This document shows, piece after piece, positions 18,921-26,678 of a stretch of DNA of 32,000 bases. A program made the translations under genes and the position numbers. The notes under the pieces were generated by a model, which ran no database searches, was not told the DNA's origin, and saw nothing but the letters and a program-made list of their open reading frames with translations. Positions within the stretch are counted from its first letter, which is position 1. Each line of letters begins with the position of its first letter. The stretch comes from an uncultured Flavobacteriaceae bacterium (GTDB lineage: Bacteria; Bacteroidota; Bacteroidia; Flavobacteriales; Flavobacteriaceae), in assembly GCA_963721045.1 (NCBI GenBank), contig CAVRHQ010000011.1:464182-496181 (forward strand). Reading direction: 5' to 3'.

Positions 18921-20068
18921 GATCCTTTTTTATTAACGGCAGAGCAGCCGGCCATGGTTGTTATTTTTATCGCTTCCGTAGGGGGTAAATTCTCGTTCCT
19001 GCGGACCAGTTCCCGAACTACATTGCGAGTCAGTTCCTCAAAGGCGGCTTCACTGGGAGTAGCAGTTTGCAATGCAGCCGGACGGCCAACGTCTCCGGCT
19101 TCCCGTATGCTCTGCACCAAAGGGATTTCCCCCAGGAAGGGAACGTCCAGGTCGTCTGCCAGATTACGTGCCCCTTGCTGTCCAAAGATATAGTATTTGT
19201 TCTCGGGCAGCTCCTCCGGGGTAAAATAAGCCATATTCTCAACAATCCCCAGTACGGGTACATTAATGGATTCCTGCTGGAACATGGCCACCCCCTTGCG
19301 CGCATCGGCCAACGCCACCTCCTGAGGGGTACTTACCACCACGGCCCCGGTCACCGGGAGGGCCTGCATGATGCTCAAATGGATATCGCCTGTGCCCGGT
19401 GGCAGGTCCAGCACCAGAAAATCCAGGTTGCCCCAGTGGGCGTCGAAAATCATCTGGTTCAACGCCTTGGAAGCCATGGGCCCCCTCCAGATCACCGCCT
19501 GGTCGGGCTGTGTAAAAAATCCTATAGACAGCAGCTTCACCCCATAATTCTGAACCGGAAGCATGCGCGACTTCCCATCCACGTTGGTCGCCCTCGGCTT
19601 CTCGTGGGCCACATCAAACATAGTGGGCATGGACGGACCGTATATATCGGCGTCCAGCAACCCCACACTGAACCCCATTTTGGAAAGGCTGACCGCCAGG
19701 TTGGCAGCTATGGTTGATTTGCCCACGCCTCCTTTTCCGGAAGCCACGGCAATGATGTTCTGAATCCCCGGGATGGGTTTCCCCTTGATTTCGTTGACCG
19801 GTTTTTTCGAAGGTGCGTTTACCTTAATGTTTACGGTAATCTTGGCCTTTTCATATACTTCCCGGTGAATGGCCTTCAGGATTTCCACCTCTGTTTTTTT
19901 CCGGGCCTGCAGACTGGGGTTTTTTATCTGCAGGTCTACTACCACTTCATCTCCAAATACCTGTATGTTAGTGATGGCACCGCTTTCTACCATGTTCTGG
20001 CCTTCTCCGGGAACCGTAATGGTTTCCAGTGCCTTCATGATCGCTCCCTTGTTCAATTTCATTGCCAT
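18917..20068 (-). CDS. mrp: Mrp/NBP35/ApbC-family Fe-S cluster carrier ATPase
   Basis: 383 aa with an N-terminal DUF59-like domain, the deviant Walker A SGKGGVGKST, and GIVENMAYF. Confidence 0.9.
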   Translation of the reverse strand: MAMKLNKGAIMKALETITVPGEGQNMVESGAITNIQVFGDEVVVDLQIKNPSLQARKKTEVEILKAIHREVYEKAKITVNIKVNAPSKKPVNEIKGKPIPGIQNIIAVASGKGGVGKSTIAANLAVSLSKMGFSVGLLDADIYGPSMPTMFDVAHEKPRATNVDGKSRMLPVQNYGVKLLSIGFFTQPDQAVIWRGPMASKALNQMIFDAHWGNLDFLVLDLPPGTGDIHLSIMQALPVTGAVVVSTPQEVALADARKGVAMFQQESINVPVLGIVENMAYFTPEELPENKYYIFGQQGARNLADDLDVPFLGEIPLVQSIREAGDVGRPAALQTATPSEAAFEELTRNVVRELVRRNENLPPTEAIKITTMAGCSAVNKKGS

Positions 20069-20268
20069 ATAGGATGTCTTTTCTCTACGCCTTCCATGGA
20101 ATCTCCACCCGTCATTCCCGGAGGGGGTGTTCCGGCTGCTGCCGGCCCCTACGCTTTGATTCCGCTGGCGCCTTTATATAAAATCATTCTAAACAACAAA
20201 GATACAGCAAAGGCCTGAGATTCGGAAACCCCGGCCCTGAAAAGGCTGTAAACGGCAAAGGGTACAAT

Positions 20269-20598
20269 TTATTTAAGGGCCCGGGCCGGGTCCCAGAAAT
20301 ATTTCTCAAAATCCACTATTTTATCATTTACCACCTCTATCCCTTCGTTCTCCAATAATTGTTGCATGAGATTGCTGCCTGAAAAATGGTGTTTCCCAGT
20401 TAGCAGGCCATTGCGGTTAACCACCCGATGAGCCGGGATCTCATCCATATCATGGGCATTGTTCATGGCCCATCCCACCATACGGGCACTCCTGGCAGCA
20501 CCCAGATATTTTGCGATGGCACCATATGAGGTGACCCGCCCATATGGGATCTGCACGGCTACCTCATATACTTTCTGGAAAAAATTGGGAGAGTCCAT
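20269..20598 (-). CDS. Alkyltransferase-like (ATL) protein: MGMT DNA-binding domain without the acceptor cysteine
   Basis: 109 aa with IPYGRVTSYGAIA and a helix-turn-helix. The active-site motif reads PAHRVV instead of PCHRV. Confidence 0.75.
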   Translation of the reverse strand: MDSPNFFQKVYEVAVQIPYGRVTSYGAIAKYLGAARSARMVGWAMNNAHDMDEIPAHRVVNRNGLLTGKHHFSGSNLMQQLLENEGIEVVNDKIVDFEKYFWDPARALK

Positions 20599-20604
20599 GG
20601 GTTT

Positions 20605-21234
20605 TCAGGTATAGAATATCCGGATCACCGTGATCATCAGCAGGATGATCATCAATCCGCTGAGGATGTAATTGGAGTTCCTGCTGAACGTGTGGGTCTT
20701 GGCTTCCAGTTTTTTAAAGTACACGGTGTACAGGTACAGTACGGCAAAAGTCCCAAAACCGGCGGCGAGGATAAAGGCGCATATATCCCAGATCTCAAAC
20801 TTGATCCAACCCGTGGCGTTCCACATAGCATTCAGTCCGCTGTAATAGGGAATGGTAAGCAAGTTAAGCGCTGCCAGCAACATCCCCTTGAAGAAGCTGT
20901 TGGCCCGGCTGACCTTTACCATCGCCACTTTTTGTTTTCTTTCGCGCCTGGCCGACAAATAGAAATAAACGGCGAAGAAAGCGAATACTGCCAGGGCTAT
21001 CTTCAGTAGCAGGTCTATGACCTGCGGGTTCCGGTAGAGGAATTTTGAAATAAGAACGGCCACATAAGCCTGCATGACTACCATGACAGAAACCCCCAGG
21101 CTGAAGATCAACCCGTTGTTCTTACCCTTCTTGACGCTGGTCTTGGCTGCGTTCATATTGAGTAAGCCCGGGGGCACCGTCGCCATAAAGGCAGCGGAAA
21201 AAGTAGCGAAGAAAAGCAGCAACAGGTGCGTCAT
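20605..21234 (-). CDS. LysE/RhtB-family amino-acid exporter
   Basis: 209 aa six-TM protein whose N-terminal helix ends in VPPGLLN (compare the PGP motif of the LysE family). Its start overlaps the trmB stop (ATGA). Confidence 0.7.
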   Translation of the reverse strand: MTHLLLLFFATFSAAFMATVPPGLLNMNAAKTSVKKGKNNGLIFSLGVSVMVVMQAYVAVLISKFLYRNPQVIDLLLKIALAVFAFFAVYFYLSARRERKQKVAMVKVSRANSFFKGMLLAALNLLTIPYYSGLNAMWNATGWIKFEIWDICAFILAAGFGTFAVLYLYTVYFKKLEAKTHTFSRNSNYILSGLMIILLMITVIRIFYT

Positions 21235-21911
21235 TTGGATACAAATCGGAACTTGATATAGGTAATGGGTTTTCCCTCTTCCAGGAATTGTTGCTCGTAG
21301 AAAGTTTGAATGCCTGTCACTTCTTCCGGACTCCCCTCATTCCTGTACACGTTATGGTTGGCATAAAGCACTTCGCCCAGGGTACCCCCGTGCAGCAGAC
21401 CGAGGGTATAACCGTGCATGAATTCACTGTCTGTCTTGAGGTGCATCACTCCGTCTTTTTTAAGAATTTGCCGGTACTTTTCGAGAAACACTAGGTTGGT
21501 CATACGGTGTTTGGTGCGCTTGTATTTGATCTGGGGATCGGGAAAGGTAATCCAAATCTCAGATACTTCATTTTCGGCGAAAAGCTGGTCGACAAGCTCG
21601 ATCTGGCTCCTCAGGAAGGCCACGTTGCGAAGGGGGGCTTCCAGGGCGGTCTTGGCCCCGCGCCACAGGCGTGCCCCTTTGATATCCACCCCGATAAAAT
21701 TCCGTTCCGGATACAACCGGGCCAGCCCTATGGTGTATTCGCCTTTCCCGCAACCGAGTTCCAGAACCAGGGGGTGTTCGTTACCGAAGTATTCGTTCCA
21801 GCGGCCTCGAAAGGGAAAATTTCCCGAGGTGACTTCATCCCGTTCTGGTTGGATCACGTTGTTGAACGATTCGTTTTCCCGGAATCTTTTTAGTTTATTC
21901 TTGCTGCCCAC
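21231..21911 (-). CDS. trmB: tRNA (guanine46-N7)-methyltransferase
   Basis: 226 aa with the SAM motif LELGCGKGEY, FIGVDIKG, and FPDPQIKYKRTKHR. It has a GTG start. Confidence 0.9.
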   Translation of the reverse strand: MGSKNKLKRFRENESFNNVIQPERDEVTSGNFPFRGRWNEYFGNEHPLVLELGCGKGEYTIGLARLYPERNFIGVDIKGARLWRGAKTALEAPLRNVAFLRSQIELVDQLFAENEVSEIWITFPDPQIKYKRTKHRMTNLVFLEKYRQILKKDGVMHLKTDSEFMHGYTLGLLHGGTLGEVLYANHNVYRNEGSPEEVTGIQTFYEQQFLEEGKPITYIKFRFVSK

Positions 21912-21938
21912 AGGGATATCGCTCGTTGGTTGGTTTCA

Positions 21939-21946
21939 CAAAACTA
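21939..21946 (-). promoter_or_regulatory. -7 box (TAnnTTTG) upstream of trmB
   Basis: The minus strand reads tagttttg, 27 nt upstream of the GTG start at 21911. Confidence 0.45.
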
Positions 21947-21977
21947 AGCAAAACCCGTAAGAGGACATCTATTGAAA

Positions 21978-23072
21978 TTAAGGGGTCCTGGCGGCAACTT
22001 CTTCCAGGCGTGCAGGGGATGGTTTCGGTTTTGCCTTCTCCAGGGTAAAAGAAAATTCGGACCCTACCTCCTGGACACTTTCCACATAGATCTTTTCACC
22101 ATGGGCTTCGATGATGTGTTTTACGATGGCAAGGCCCAGGCCGGAACCACCTTCTTTCCGGCTGCCGCTTTTGTCCACCCGGAAAAAGCGCTCGAAGATC
22201 CTCGGGATGTACTCCGCTGCGATCCCCTCGCCATTGTCCGTGACCCGGATGATCACCTTGTTTTTAATAAGGTTTTCCACGCTTACCTCGGTAGTGCCTT
22301 CCTTGTGGCCGTATTTCAGCGAATTTACCAGGAGGTTGGTAAGGACCTGCTGAATCTTCTCCCGGTCTGCATGTACCCAAACGGGGGATTCATATTCCAT
22401 GTCGAAGGTGAGCGCGATATTTTTCTTGGAAGCCTTCATCTCGAGCATGTCGAAGATATTCTCAATCAGTTCGATAATGTTGAAATCCTCGTATTTCAGG
22501 TTCAGGTCGCCTATCTCGAGCTTGGTGATCAGGTCCAGGTCTTTTATTATGTATATCAGGCGCTCAACCCCTTTGTTTGCCCGCTGAAGGTATTTCCGGA
22601 GCAGCTTTTTATCATCCATGGCCCCGTCCAGAAGGGTCAGAATATATCCCTGTACGGTAAAGAGGGGGGTTTTGAGCTCGTGGGATACATTTCCGAGGAA
22701 ATCCTTCCTGTATTCTTCCTGGATTTTAAGGGTGTCGATCTCGATTTTCTTGTCTTTGGCGAACTTCTCAATCTCTTCGGTCAGGGTTCGCATGTCGGTC
22801 GTGATGGGCCCGGAATTAAAGGAAGAGGATTCCAGGAGCGACACGTCGTCGTAAATCTTTTTGATCCTTCGATAAATAAACTTTTGCACCCGGATCTGTA
22901 AAATAAAAAAGGATACCAGAAAGGCTACGGCAGCGAAGCCAAGGAGGGCGAACCAATTGAAGAGGTTATCCGAATACCAGAGAAAAAGCGCCAGTAAGCC
23001 CGTTAATACAACGGTGATCAGTAAGGATGAACGATAAGCAAATCGATATGATTTCTTTAATCGGATGGCCAT
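21978..23072 (-). CDS. Two-component sensor histidine kinase (HisKA + HATPase_c, PhoR/SenX3-like)
   Basis: 364 aa with two N-terminal TM helices, the H-box SHELKTPL, the N-box LVNSLKY, and G-boxes DNGEGI and GSGLGLAIV. Confidence 0.9.
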   Translation of the reverse strand: MAIRLKKSYRFAYRSSLLITVVLTGLLALFLWYSDNLFNWFALLGFAAVAFLVSFFILQIRVQKFIYRRIKKIYDDVSLLESSSFNSGPITTDMRTLTEEIEKFAKDKKIEIDTLKIQEEYRKDFLGNVSHELKTPLFTVQGYILTLLDGAMDDKKLLRKYLQRANKGVERLIYIIKDLDLITKLEIGDLNLKYEDFNIIELIENIFDMLEMKASKKNIALTFDMEYESPVWVHADREKIQQVLTNLLVNSLKYGHKEGTTEVSVENLIKNKVIIRVTDNGEGIAAEYIPRIFERFFRVDKSGSRKEGGSGLGLAIVKHIIEAHGEKIYVESVQEVGSEFSFTLEKAKPKPSPARLEEVAARTP

Positions 23073-23758
23073 TATAGCACAAACTTATACCCCACTCCTT
23101 TGACCGTTTTAAAATGATCATCTCCGATCTTCTCCCGAAGTTTACGGATATGCACATCTATGGTACGTCCACCAACCACCACTTCCTGGCCCCAAACCTT
23201 GTCCAGGATTACTTCACGCTTAAACACCTTGTCGGGCTTGGATGCCAATAAGGCGAGCAATTCAAACTCCTTTCTCGGAAGAATGATTTCCTTTCCGTTG
23301 TTTACCACCTTATATTCCTCCCGGTTGATCTCGATTTTCCCAACTTTAAGCACTTCTTCATTGGCAACTCCTTCATCCTTGGTCCTTCGAAGGAGGGCTT
23401 TTACTTTGGAAACCAGTACTTTGGGCTTTATGGGTTTGGTAATATAATCGTCGGCCCCGGCATCGAATCCCGCCACCTGGGAATAGTCTTCTCCCCTTGC
23501 GGTGAGGAAAGCAATAATGGTATCCTCCAGTCCCTTGGTGCCCCGGATGATCTCGCAGGCTTCAATGCCATCCATCTCCGGCATCATCACATCCAGGATG
23601 ATGAGGTGCGGTTTTTTCTTTTTAGCCTTATCAACGCCTTCCACTCCATTTTTAGCAGTAAACACCTGATATCCTTCGGCAGTGAGATTGTAACTCAAAA
23701 TTTCTAATATATCAGGCTCATCGTCTACTAAGAGAATCTTTATGTCCTTCTTTTTCAT
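23072..23758 (-). CDS. OmpR/PhoB-family response regulator
   Basis: 228 aa with a receiver domain (LLVDDEPD...IILDVMMPEMDG) and a winged-helix output domain (...RTIDVHIRKLREKI...VKGVGYKF). Its stop overlaps the kinase start (TAATG). Confidence 0.9.
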   Translation of the reverse strand: MKKKDIKILLVDDEPDILEILSYNLTAEGYQVFTAKNGVEGVDKAKKKKPHLIILDVMMPEMDGIEACEIIRGTKGLEDTIIAFLTARGEDYSQVAGFDAGADDYITKPIKPKVLVSKVKALLRRTKDEGVANEEVLKVGKIEINREEYKVVNNGKEIILPRKEFELLALLASKPDKVFKREVILDKVWGQEVVVGGRTIDVHIRKLREKIGDDHFKTVKGVGYKFVL

Positions 23759-23783
23759 GGAGGTAGCAATTGGTTATCCTTAT

Positions 23784-23791
23784 CAAAAGTA
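23784..23791 (-). promoter_or_regulatory. -7 box (TAnnTTTG) for the response-regulator/kinase operon
   Basis: The minus strand reads tacttttg, 25 nt upstream of the ATG at 23758. Confidence 0.45.
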
Positions 23792-24046
23792 AAAATAATA
23801 CTTCTATGCATAAAACGCTTAACATTGATTTAATGTTGGTAACGTCCCGGTAACATTACCTCCCGGACAGGATGGGAAAAAGGCGCTCTTCTATAGCCCC
23901 GGCGGGAGGTTCCATCAGATTCTGCGGGGCATAAATATGCAAACCGGGGCAAGGGGCGGAAAATCAAATCGCAAGGAAAGTGTGCAGTTTATCGAATTTT
24001 ACCATATTTCCCCTGAACAGGCCATACGGACGAGACCTAAAATATC

Positions 24047-24054
24047 TATATTTG
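24047..24054 (+). promoter_or_regulatory. -7 box (TAnnTTTG) for the first T9SS-CTD mini-protein
   Basis: tatatttg lies 27 nt upstream of the ATG at 24082. Confidence 0.45.
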
Positions 24055-24081
24055 TGGAACACTCTTTGTATTGGCTTGTGT

Positions 24082-24390
24082 ATGAAGCACTTTTACCTTA
24101 TAATCTTTTTCCTGTTCACTTCCCTAACCTTCGCACAGGACGGTCGGTCAGACGGTGATATCGATGGGTTTAAACTCTATCCCAACCCGGCGACCAACGG
24201 CAAGGTGTATATCAGTACCAGCCTGAACGGCCCCAAACAGATCATGATTTTTGATGTACTGGGTATCCGGGTTTTGGAAACCACCATCCTGGGAAAGGAA
24301 TTGGACCTGAGCCAGCTGGATGCCGGTATCTATGTGCTTCGCGTCCTTGAAAATGATAAGGTGGCAACCCGGAAGCTGATTATCAAGTAG
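24082..24390 (+). CDS. Mini-protein made of a signal peptide plus a T9SS type-A C-terminal sorting domain (Por_Secre_tail) only
   Basis: The 102 aa read MKHFYLIIFFLFTSLTFA|QDGRSDGDIDG, then the CTD FKLYPNPATNGKVYIS...IMIFDVLGIRV...LDLSQLDAGIYVLRV...RKLIIK. The ORF-track start at 23980 is a spurious extension. Confidence 0.8.
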   Translation: MKHFYLIIFFLFTSLTFAQDGRSDGDIDGFKLYPNPATNGKVYISTSLNGPKQIMIFDVLGIRVLETTILGKELDLSQLDAGIYVLRVLENDKVATRKLIIK

Positions 24391-24438
24391 TTCCCCGCAT
24401 AAGGATTCTCACGTACCACTTTAAGTCTTTCCCTATTT

Positions 24439-24464
24439 GTCGATAAAATGCGCATTTTATCGAC
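24439..24464. repeat. Perfect 26-bp palindrome between the two T9SS-CTD genes (operator or hairpin candidate)
   Basis: gtcgataaaatgc|gcattttatcgac is its own reverse complement. It is AT-rich and has no following U-tract. Confidence 0.7.
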
Positions 24465-24569
24465 GAACGGCAAGGCCTGTTGCGTTGACCTACAATTATT
24501 CCGCTTTCACAACAATTCCTGTGTCTCAGGAACGGTTTCTTCTATATTTACTGTGTTGATCCCAAATCA

Positions 24570-24899
24570 ATGCCCATGAAGCTACTTTACTTAGCCCTAT
24601 TTCTGGCCGTATCCCCAATGGTATTCGGTCAGGATCATGCCTCCCCGGGCCCGGACCCCGCGGAAGAAGCCCACGAGTTTACGCTTTACCCCAACCCGGC
24701 ATTTGATGACGTTGTGTATATCACTACGCGCTATAACGACCATAAATCCATAGCGGTATATGATGTTTTCGGGAAGGTGGTATTGAGGGATCGTATTTCG
24801 ACCAATGCCCTTAACATTTCCCGTTTGGTACCTGGCGTCTATGTATTACAGGTAACCGAAAGGAACCATACCATGACCCGCAAGCTGGTTGTGAAATAG
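24570..24899 (+). CDS. Second mini-protein of signal peptide plus T9SS type-A CTD (paralog of 24082-24390)
   Basis: The 109 aa read MPMKLLYLALFLAVSPMVFG|QDHASPGPDPAEEAHE, then the CTD FTLYPNPAFDDVVYIT...IAVYDVFGKVV...LNISRLVPGVYVLQV...RKLVVK. A near-consensus -7 box (tatattta) lies at 24543-24550. Confidence 0.8.
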   Translation: MPMKLLYLALFLAVSPMVFGQDHASPGPDPAEEAHEFTLYPNPAFDDVVYITTRYNDHKSIAVYDVFGKVVLRDRISTNALNISRLVPGVYVLQVTERNHTMTRKLVVK

Positions 24900-24920
24900 A
24901 CTAACTACCTCAGAGAAGAA

Positions 24921-24949
24921 AGCCCCGGAAGCGGGGCTTTTTTATTTTG
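24921..24949 (+). terminator. Rho-independent terminator after the second T9SS-CTD gene
   Basis: agccccg, loop gaag, cggggct, followed by ttttttatttt. Confidence 0.8.
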
Positions 24950-24977
24950 CCTAATTTTACCGGCTGCTTCATTAGTC

Positions 24978-25955
24978 ATGGATACGAACGATCTGTTCCA
25001 AATTTCCGGCGACCTGGATTTTTCATCCAGGGCCCTGGAAGTATACAGGTATCAGTACCGGAACAATCCAACCTACCGGGAATTCTGCGATCATCTTGGT
25101 AGAGGAGAATCCGCGGTGCACGATCTATCCGGCATCCCTTTCCTTCCCATAGAATTTTTCAGAAGCAGGCAAGTCGTCTGTGGCCATCCGTCCCAGCCTG
25201 TGGTATTCCAAAGCAGCGGCACAACGGGTACCCGGCAAAGCCACCACTATGTGGCCGATATAGGCCTGTATGAACAAAGCTTCCTCCGAGCCTTTGAATT
25301 GTTCTACGGGCCGGTAGCAGACTATTGCATCCTGGCTTTGCTGCCTTCATACCTGGAACGGGAAGGGTCTTCCCTGATCTACATGGTACGCGCTCTTATA
25401 AAGAAAAGCGGGCATCCCGAAAGTGGGTTTTACCTGCACGACCTGGCCGCGCTCCGTGACCGCCTGCTGGCACTGCGGGCCATGAACAAAAAAACCCTCC
25501 TGCTGGGGGTTTCATTTGCATTACTCGATTTTGCTGAACGATACCCGGTCCCCATCCCGGGTACCATAGTCATGGAAACCGGAGGTATGAAAGGAAGAAA
25601 AAAAGAAATGGTCCGGGAAGAATTACACCGTCGATTGAAAAAAGGGTTTGGCGTCCCAACCATCCATTCCGAGTACGGAATGACCGAATTACTCTCCCAG
25701 GCCTATTCTGAAGGGGAAGGCCGCTTCCGATGTCCGCCCTGGATGAAGGTCCTGATCCGGGACCCAGAAGATCCGTTATCCAGACTGGAAGCGGGGAAGG
25801 CCGGGGGCGTTAAATCATCGACCTCGCAAACCTGCACTCCTGTTCTTTCATAGCCACTCAGGACCTTGGGAAGGTTTATAACGACGGTAGTTTTGAGATC
25901 CTGGGGAGGTTTGATCATTCGGATATCCGGGGGTTGCAACCTGATGGTCCTTTAA
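24978..25955 (+). pseudogene. LuxE/PaaK-type acyl-protein synthetase/acyl-adenylate-forming enzyme family ('acyl transferase'), with two frame breaks near the 3' end
   Basis: The first 291 aa are in frame (…FQSSGTTG…, …METGGMKGRKKEM…, …SEYGMTELLSQ…). After ...AGKAGGV the sense continues in other frames as (K)IIDLANLHSCSFIATQDLGKVYNDGSFEILGRFDHSDIRG and then CNLMVL*. The breaks are at the A-run 25812-25814 and the G5 run 25929-25933. Confidence 0.65.
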
Positions 25956-25958
25956 GTT

Positions 25959-26620
25959 TCAGGTATCCATTATAGCCCGCATTTCAGCAAAAATACCGGC
26001 ATTCCTGGGATGTAAACTCGACAAGAGCAGTTCCGGTGCGGCATAGGTTCCGCCATAAACATTCATTTTGGCCGCGAGATCTGCCCCCTTATTCAAGCAA
26101 ATACCGGACCATTTCGGGAAGGTTCAGCGGCACCTGCTGCCTCCATAATTCCACCCCGTTGCTCACGGCATAATGTAGAAGGGTGGCCCCGTGGCCATAG
26201 CGCGAATGCTGTCGAGCAAGCGAAGGTTGCCGGGCAATGTGTTCCTGAAATTTTTTAAAATCCCCGGACAGGAGGGCATCTACTGTCTCTTCAAAATCCC
26301 AGGTCATACGGCTTTTCCAGGTTACTAACCTCTCCCCAGCTGCCGAACCCATATTCATTGGCAATGGTCAATTGGCAGTCGCTTCTTTCCAGTCCAGTTT
26401 CATAAGTACCTTGGTTTCCCGCCCCAGGTGGTCCTGGTGATAATTTGAAATTTCCCTGTAATACCGCCTCATTGCGCTCCTGCACCCCTTCCCACATCCT
26501 TTGGCAAGGGCCAGAAGGTGGTCCGATATGGCACGGAGAAGGAAGCCTGTTCATACAACAGCTTCCCATAAAAAGCCCGAGTTTGTGCCACCGCTTCGGC
26601 AGGTAAATGGATATATCCAT
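25959..26620 (-). pseudogene. Ankyrin-repeat protein, heavily frame-disrupted (5 or more breaks)
   Basis: Sense fragments in all three minus frames follow one another: ...YIHLPAEAVAQTRAFYGKLLYEQ...PLPKDV | WEGVQERNEA | MRRYYREISNYHQDHLGRETKVLMKLDWKEATA | QLTIANEYGFGSWGEVSNLEKPYDL | WDFEETVDALLSGDFKKFQEHIARQP...GHGATLLHYAVSNGVE...MVRYLLE | KGADLAAKMNVYGGTYAAPELL...MDT*. The ankyrin consensus is G-TLLHYA-..G-.E.V..LLEKGAD. No clean start codon is present. Confidence 0.55.
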
Positions 26621-26678
26621 ACCGGCTATAATTTTGCGGGGTTCCTATTGTGCCCGGATGTGGCAGCAGGAGATTTAG

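Noticed and set aside
23937-24081. Upstream ORFs or extensions (23937-24158 and 23980-24081) in front of the first T9SS-CTD gene
   Set aside because: They show no protein-like features and contain the predicted promoter box. The signal peptide begins at the ATG at 24082.
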